Positions 56,201 through 64,000 of a DNA stretch of 64,000 nt are shown here, one piece after another (the stretch's first letter is position 1; each line of letters starts with the position of its first letter). This DNA is from Epiperipatus broadwayi (taxonomy: Eukaryota > Animalia > Onychophora): contig JAQFVV010000006.1 of the NCBI GenBank assembly GCA_028023455.1, positions 20,088,001 to 20,152,000 on the forward strand, read 5' to 3'. Position numbers and translations under genes: made by a program. A model generated the notes under the pieces. That model was not told the origin of the DNA, did no database searches, and worked only from the letters and a program-made list of their open reading frames with translations.

Positions 56201-57665
56201 CAAAATTCTTCATGTTTATGGTCTACCTAAAACCCATAAGAATCATATTCCATTAAGATTTATTGTTAGTCCTAGAAATTCACCTTACCAAAATTTGTCA
56301 AGATTTCTTCGCAAAGTTCTCTTGGCATACAAGACCCAGTCCATTGTCAGGGATTCTAAACACCTTGTAGAATTTAATCAAGAACATGAAAATTGAAAGA
56401 ACTGACTTACTGGTAAGCTTTGATGTGAAAAGTTTATTCACAAATGTACCTTGTGAAGAAGCATTATCTATTGTAAGGAAAAGATTAAATGGTGATAATA
56501 GCTTACAAACCAGAAACACTCTTCCTATTGAAAGTATAATGAAACTATTAACATTCTGCATAAAACAACCTATTTTCAATATAACACAGAATTCTTCCAA
56601 CAAAATCAAGAAATGGCTATGGGTTCACCATTGTTACTTCTGATTAGCAATATTTACATTGAAGAACTTGAAGCCACAGTCATAAAAACTACTCCAAATT
56701 TACCTAAAATCTGTATCTACCTAAAAATTTGGCTTCACTATGTAGATGATACATTTGTTTTATTGCCACATGGTGAAACACTACTAAAAACTCTCTGGAA
56801 ACACATCAAACACATATCTCAATAGAATGGGAACAAGAACAAAAATTGACAATCTTAGATACTCTTGTGACAAGACTCCCTCATGACAAAATCAAAACTA
56901 CAATTTACCAAAACTCCATACATACAGAAAAATACTTACCCTATATATCCAATTACATCAGAAACACAAAACATGGAGTTATACTTTTATTATGGAACAG
57001 AGCAAAAGAAGTTTGTTCAGAAACCAGCGATTTGAAAAAAAAAAGATTAATATGGAACAAACTCTTATGAAAAATGGTTATCCATCTTTTGTTTTTAAGA
57101 AAACCTTAAATAGACAACAAAAAAACCATAAAAAACAATTATTGGTAATATAGTGTACCCAAACATACTAAAAATAGCAGACAAATTAAGTAAAATCTGC
57201 AATCAGTATGTCATCAGAACAGTTTTACAAAGCCATACCACACTATGAGGAATTCTAACATCTACAAACTAAATTTGAAATGAAAAGAAAAGCTATATCT
57301 TTGAAATACCATTTGAATGTGAAAGAATGCATATTGATGAGACCAGTCATCCCATTGAAAAGCACCTGCAAGAACTCAAACTGATGATTAGAAGAGAAAA
57401 GACAGATGTGTAGCAGAACATGTATGTGCCAATGAACATATATTCAATTGAAAAAATACAAAAATATTGGATAGAGAAGAAAAAGTATAAAGAAGAAAAT
57501 TTAAAGAAGCTGCTCACATGACAATGGCATACAATCCCATAAGTCAACCTAATGTGACTATACATAATATATGGAAACCACTAATCAACTTTGCTCTTAG
57601 GAAAAAGTGGAGAAATCAGGAGGAACCTCATATATAAGTATATGAAATTTCTATTGATTATTGCC

Positions 57666-57748
57666 TTTGGCAGGATGGCTCAGTTGATTAAAGCATTATT
57701 TTAAAATTCATTACTAAAGAATATAAGGGTCCAGTTTCGATTCCCATG
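57666..57748 (+). other. tRNA-like (A-box/B-box) segment in the PLE 3' region
   Basis: GGCAGGATGGCTCAGTTGATTAAAGC (A-box-like) followed by GTTTCGATTCCC (B-box-like). Confidence 0.45.
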
Positions 57749-57774
57749 CTAGTACTGTCTCTGGTCAGGCCAAC

Positions 57775-57820
57775 AACACCTGAAGAAGAGGGGAGAATAA
57801 TACCTCTCAAAATGTTGTGC
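57775..57820 (+). ncRNA. Degenerate hammerhead ribozyme at the PLE 3' end
   Basis: CAC CTGAAGA A GAGGGG-N9-CCTCTC AAAA TGTT GTG. Stem II is 6 bp and stem I CAC:GTG; the GAAA has become AAAA, consistent with CpG decay. Confidence 0.55.
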
Positions 57821-60167
57821 ATATATTAACCTGTGTGCTATTTACTAACAGTTAAGTGTATTTGAAAAATTGAAATAAAGTTAAACTTTTCTAAAGACAT
57901 TTAATACTCATATTAGATGATGGAAATAGTCCAATATATAAATACAAACTAAAACACCATAATTAGGAAAACACTTTCCTAATCCGTTTTGACTAATTGG
58001 AATTTATTGCTCACTATTAATTTATAATAATAAAATGATAATTTTATATTTATAGTCAGTTGAACAATAATAATAAACAAAAACAATTTATAAAACCAAT
58101 ATTATATAAAAATTCTTATACAATAACTATCTCAAACAATGCTTTATTATATAATAGGCCTATTATATCTGTGCTTCCAAACCCACAGAATAAAATTTTA
58201 TATGAAAAATAAAAACAGTAGAAATTTATAAATTTCACATTTCCTCTGCAGTATGAGCTATGTTATGATTTATCTCATAAAATCAACCATAAAATTGTCT
58301 CTCACATATTTTCAGCTTCACATCAAATCATTTATACTCCTGATATTGCTTCCATAAATCATTAAATTAAATTTTGGTTAAATGATCCTAAAATAAAAAC
58401 CTAATAAGAATAAAATTCAGATCAAGCCTAAGAAATGCTTTCTTTGTGATAAAATGAAAGTATACACAAATATTTTTGAAAGAGAGACAGTATGAACACA
58501 TTAACTCATGCCCTCATCTAGATTTGAGCATGTGTATTTTTTTAAACTAATGCTACTTTCATTTCAGATAATAATCATTCTATAAATAAAAAATGTATAC
58601 AAAATTACATAACAGAAATTTCTTTGTTAATTGTTTTTTTGTCGTTATGATTCAGTTTATTAAAGTAAGGAAATTATACTTTTCTAAAACCATGTAAAAT
58701 CTAACTGGTTCAGAAATTAAAATTCCTTAATCAACTTAAAAATATACAATTATTTCATCTTCAACTGTATGAATATAGTCATTCTCAAAGGTGAAACTAA
58801 GATTTTCAAATAGAAAAAATAGATTTAAATTTATGGTTTTAGTCTTGAAAATAATTTTATTTAATTAGAAACATAGGAATAAAGTTTTTTACAAGATTAT
58901 GGAGGAATTGGATGATTTATTTATTCTTTAAATATAATCCAAAATCGGCAAAAGTCATGTTTGAAGTAGATATAATGATGGTTTATAAAAGAAAAGTAAA
59001 TCGTTAATTGCTTATATGTGTTTGAAATTAATACCGCAATATTTTTTTTAAAGTTATAAATAAAAAACATATTAATATCAGGTTCGCTGTCATAGATTTA
59101 ATTATTTGCAAGAAGACTTGAATTCAATTGTATGAATTCAGAAGTCTTTCTCTAATAAAGTAAAATACCAGTAGACTTTTTCTTAATCGAAAACCACTTA
59201 CTAATGTATATAATACTTAATTTTCATTCTGATTCTGGGTAGTTTAGGGCAATGGACAAATGGTGGGCTGCAGCATAATTCTATTAATTCTATTTGCTCA
59301 AACTTCAGAAATCATTTATTTATTATTTTTTTAAACTTTCACCTTCCATCCAGCTCACCCCTCCCCTCATAGACAAAATATATTTTTTTCTGAAAGTGAT
59401 GAAAAGAACAAAAAACAAAATATAATTAGCTTGTAATGTTAAACATATAAAGGAGGGATTATTTGTGTTTAAGTTTTCGAATTATTTTTATCTGTGAGCT
59501 TTTTATTTATTGATGAAATATAGAACTGCAATACCCTGTGTTCTAGCCCAGTTCTCGAATGGCAGATTCAAGAGCTAAATATTCCTGGATCATTTCTCAG
59601 TGGGGTAAAAAACTTAATTTAGTCAACTAAATAAAACTCCTCTAACCTCCGCTAGATAGATGCTTGACACATGATCTGTCTCGCGACTAATTCTAGAATT
59701 ATTAATTTACAATTTTACTTATAACTTAATTGCACAAATATCACCATTTAATATTTTTCTTCATGAAGTATTTTTCACTCTTCAGAAATTGTATTTTACG
59801 ATTTGGTGACCAAGATTGTCTCCATATGCAGTCATTCAGATAAAAAAATTTATTCTAAGTTCAGGTCTCCATCATTGAGTCATTTGTAAAATCCTATATT
59901 TACTTCAATCAGAGATAAATCGTATTTGGACATATTTATTAGGCATTCTTTGAATAATAACTGTATCACTATAGAATATATTCCATAAATAGCTTAACTT
60001 ATCTATACACAATCTGTTAAAAGCAATTCTTTTCTCTCTGTTTCAGAATGATATATTATAAATTTGAATCATTGAATACTAGTTGTAGGATTATTATATA
60101 CACATTCAGGGTTATTTTAAACACATCCCAGACATGTTCTTAGTTTTTAACTAATCTTGGGAATTAG

Positions 60168-60795
60168 ATGGGATTTGAACCCAGATGTTGAAGCTCTCTT
60201 CAGTCATCCACTTCATCTCATACAACCCATACACATGACCACATATATGTGAAAAAGATAGAAGATCAAATTTCATGCTGAACCAGCACTCATCAGTTGG
60301 TCCAGATCAACATCTCCCACACATATACATAATCAATGCTCGGTTTATATTGATAGCAAATCTTTAAACTTTAATGGAAAGGTTTCAATCTTCTCCTCTC
60401 TCCAACTCTTCAGCCATCCATATCATTAAAAATCTGATGATGGCATGTTCAAAGCCATTGTTGCCAATTTTGTTGAAAGCAACAAAATTTGGCAAATAAG
60501 GGTGTTGAACATGCCATCATCAGATTTCAATGATATGGATGGCTGAAGAGTTGCAGAGTGAAGAAGATTGAAATCTGTCCATTAAAATTTGAAGATTTTA
60601 TATCAATATAAACTGAGCACTGATTATGTATATGTGTGGGAGATGATGATCTGGACCAACTGATGAGTGCTGGTTCGCATGATATACTTATATTGGAGAT
60701 CATTTATCTTTTTCACATATATGAGCTCATGTGCATGAGTCTATGAGATGGGGTGGATTTCTGGAGGGAGCTTGAAAGTTTGGGTTCAAATCTAA
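60168..60795. mobile_element. HHR-palindrome family, copy G (best preserved ~630-bp palindrome)
   Basis: Arms ~60172-60470 and ~60485-60792 are reverse complements around the central hairpin AATTTTGTTG-AAAG-CAACAAAATT. HHR cores at 60272-60305 (-) and 60654-60705 (+). Confidence 0.92.
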
Positions 60796-61870
60796 TCGAA
60801 TTATATCTTGTTTAAAGTATATATACTATGCATGTATTTAAATATTAATCTTGGGAATATAGATGAAATTTCATCTAGATATAATTACAATATCACTACC
60901 ATCTAGCACCCATTGATTACTTCAGTTTACATTAGATGGCTCTGGAGTAGAATGAAGAGAATAGCTTCTAACAACATAATCTTCAAGACTTTCTAACAAA
61001 TCAAGTGATATTATATTGAGATACATATTTCTTTCATGGAAAAAAGATGACTACAGATAGAAATGAATTGAGATTATATAGTATACTGAAGTAAAAGGAG
61101 GTCATCTTTTACTCAAATTCTAGTTTTTATATGAATTTAAACTTAGAAAGCTATTTTTTATAGGTGTGAGAATGTGAAAAAATATCTTTACTATACAGTT
61201 ATTGCTATATAAATGAACTATTTATTACAATAAACATATATATAAACTAATGAAAGGAAATATATCTCCCAAAAAATAATAAACAAAATTACTTGTATGT
61301 GTAACTGCTTTTTAAATAATATTTCAACTAGTTGATTAGTTTTCATCAGAAATGTATATCACATGATCAAATTAAATTTTATGTATATATAGGGAGAGAG
61401 ATTAATAGAGTTGTTGAATGGGAAATGATAAGAAAATTACTTCTTAACAAAGTTTAAAGGAATCAGCTAAAATTTACCAGTAACAAATTCTAACCTATGT
61501 TTATATGCTCATTTAGTTTATGATGTAATTGATTAATTACTATTAATTAATGTTTATGATGTAATTGACTTCAACTCTGCTTTAAGCTAATTTATCATCC
61601 TATTGTTTAAATGGTTAATATTTAAGATTTCATCATGGTTATTTTATGCTTTGAAATCTAATTGGATTTAAATTTGATATTTACATAGAAAGATTTTTTT
61701 ATTATTTTGGATGCCACCAGAGAGCTTGTAACTTGATGAAGAATGATATTAAAAGCGATTAAACAATTATCCTGGAATAGCTTGGCTGATTATTTTAAAA
61801 TGATATCAAAAAAAGTAAAATTGTATCAGTGAATTTATTGGCAGGTTACTTAAGAAGTCAGTAATTTAAC

Positions 61871-61901
<31 letters not shown>

Positions 61902-62446
61902 AGCTTATACGAATGTTATTTACTTATAAAATAACATTATTTTAACAATAACTTGCGATCTTCAATCTTGAATAATAAAGCTAAACTTTATTGGGGAACA
62001 TTTCAGCATATCTATAGAGTAGATTGCTCAACCAGTAGAAAATAACCACACTAGATATAGATAATTATTAAAAAATCTTGTAACCATTCTAAACAAGGGT
62101 TAAAGTTTTTTGAGAAATCTAGAACATTGCAATGTTAAAATGTTTTTCAACAAGATTTGGATTCATTGGTCATGATAGACATACTTATGTCTATTGCAGT
62201 TTATATGAATGCTATATATGTCATGCTCTCAAACTAAGGTGCTTTAGACTGGCCTATGTAATTAGAATATAGGTTTAAGAATAAGATGGCCCTCTTATCC
62301 TTTCAAAACTCTTTATCTTGTGTTTGGATTTGGGAGTATCCTCAGTACTCAACATGGCATTGTTGGGCTATTATAGATCAATCTCCAACACATATATTAA
62401 AGGTGAAATTTTTTTCTCTTAAATTATATATATATATATATAAGAA

Positions 62447-62675
62447 AGGACTTGAACTCAGACTTTTAAGCTCCCTACAGCTATGCATTTCATATTGTAC
62501 AACCAATACATATGACCTTATATATGTGAAAATTATAAATGATCTACAAGATATGTATTTTGTGTTGGACCATTTTGAAAGACAATGTAATTGTTTTAAT
62601 ATCTGCACCTATATGTTTATTTTATGCTGGACCGACCGATGAGTGCTCGTTCAGCATGAAATATGTATATTTACC
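62447..62675. mobile_element. HHR-palindrome family, copy H (internally deleted)
   Basis: Left arm TTGAACTCAGACTTTTAAGCTCCCTAC (-). Right-arm core GGACCGACCGATGAGTGCTCGTTCAGCATGAAATATGTATAT (+) at 62629-62670. Confidence 0.75.
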
Positions 62676-62694
62676 ACAACATGATCTAATATCC

Positions 62695-64000
62695 CTTTAT
62701 TAGATTTAATAGCAGCCACTGAGGAAATCACTAAAACATTGAATTACAGTGGGAAAAAACAACTTGTTAAGCAGCAAAAATTGAAGTCTTACATATCCTA
62801 TAGTGAGAGAAAAGTAATTAAATATCTCAAAGTAGATAAATTTATAATTATTCTCCCTGCTGACAAAGGCAATACAACAATTGTAATGGATACAACTGAT
62901 TATGATGACAAAATACAAGAACTCCTCACAGCAGGCCAATACAGAAAAGTGGCAAAAAATTCAACACTGAGCACAGAAACAAAGTTACAAGCATTTGTCA
63001 GAAAGCATTACAGATACTTCAATGATTCAGAAAAAAGTAAAATAACATCACATTTCTGCAAAATTCCTTATCTTTACAATCTACCTAAAATCCATAAGGA
63101 ACATGTTCCATTAAAACCTATTGTTAGTTTTAGAAATTCACCATGCCAAAATTTGTTAAAATTTCTTCTCAAAGTTCTAAGTCCTTTGGCATACAAGACC
63201 AAGTCCTTTATCTGGAATTGTAGACACTTTGTAGAATTAATCAAGAATGTGAAAATTGAAAGAACCGACTTATTGGTAAATTTTGGTGTGGAAAGTTTAT
63301 TCACAAATGTACCATGTGAAACATCATTGTTTAATGTAAGGAAAAGATCAATTGGTGATAATAGCTTTCAAACCAGAACAACTCTTTCTATTGATAGTAT
63401 AATGGAATTATTAACATTCTGCATAAAAACAACCTGCTTTCAATGTAACACAGAATTTTTCCAACAAAATCAAGGCATGGTATGGGCTCACCATTGTCAC
63501 CCCTGATTAGCAATATTTTCATGGAAGAACTTAAAACCACAGTTATAAAAATTACTCCATTTTCCATCTAAAATCCATATCCACCTAAAGTTTGGCTTCA
63601 CTATGTAGATGATACATTTGTAGTAAGGTCACATGATAAAGGACTACTACAATCTTTATGGAAACACATCAACATCCTATTTCTTTCAATTAAATTCACA
63701 ATAGAATCAGAATAAGAACAAAAATTGGCATTCTTAGATGTTCTTGTGACAAGATTCCCTCATGGCAAAATCAAAACTAGCTTACTGAAAACCCACACAT
63801 ACACGAAAATACTTAGCCTATACATCCAATTACACCAGAAACACAATACATGGAGTCATATTATTATATGGAATAGAGCAAAAGCAGTTTATTTAGAAAC
63901 CATCAAATTAAAAAAAGAAAAGATCTATATAGAACAAACTTTTATGAAAAATAGTTATCCATCAGCTCTTACTACAAAAACCTTAAATAAATAAAAAGAA
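62695..64000 (+). mobile_element. 5'-truncated Penelope-like retroelement RT (same family as 55.2-58.0 kb), runs off the window
   Basis: 255-aa ORF 62739-63506 with IILPADKGNTTIVMD, LYNLPKIHKEHVPLKPIVS and GVESLFTNVP, then WLHYVDDTF and AFLDVLV in shifted frames. Collinear with 55820-57110. Confidence 0.92.

Larger units (their letters stand above)
55240..57974 (+). mobile_element. Penelope-like retroelement, near full length, frameshifted (N-terminal domain + RT + GIY-YIG)
   Basis: GLIPKG, LERGLNF, IIILSVDKGNATVIMD, YGLPKTHK..IPLR.IVS, LVSFDVKSLFTNVP, MAMGSPL, WLHYVDDTF, TILDTLV, HTEKYL and YEIPFEC..HIDETS motifs in PLE order. Direct repeat at 55240-55304 / 57917-57974. Confidence 0.93.

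Overview
Very AT-rich, CpG-poor eukaryotic (animal-type, probably invertebrate) DNA made largely of decayed transposons, microsatellites and fold-back elements. I could not assemble an intact host gene; only isolated candidate exons were seen. Recognisable elements: a near full-length but frameshifted Penelope-like retroelement (PLE, RT + GIY-YIG, ~55.2-58.0 kb), a second 5'-truncated PLE running off the window end, two further PLE endonuclease fragments, a decayed hAT transposase (~46.8-48.8 kb), two mariner remnants, RTE/L1-like LINE remnants and two tRNA-Gly(TCC)-derived pseudogenes. The most notable feature is a dispersed non-coding family (7 loci) built as a ~0.6 kb head-to-head palindrome. 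Each arm carries a type I hammerhead ribozyme (HHR) followed by a tRNA B-box-like motif, and three loci sit next to PLE coding fragments. A separate inverted-repeat element holds a minimal HHR with all core nucleotides intact (14042-14100). All assignments were made by eye from motifs, with no database searches; boundaries of decayed elements are approximate.
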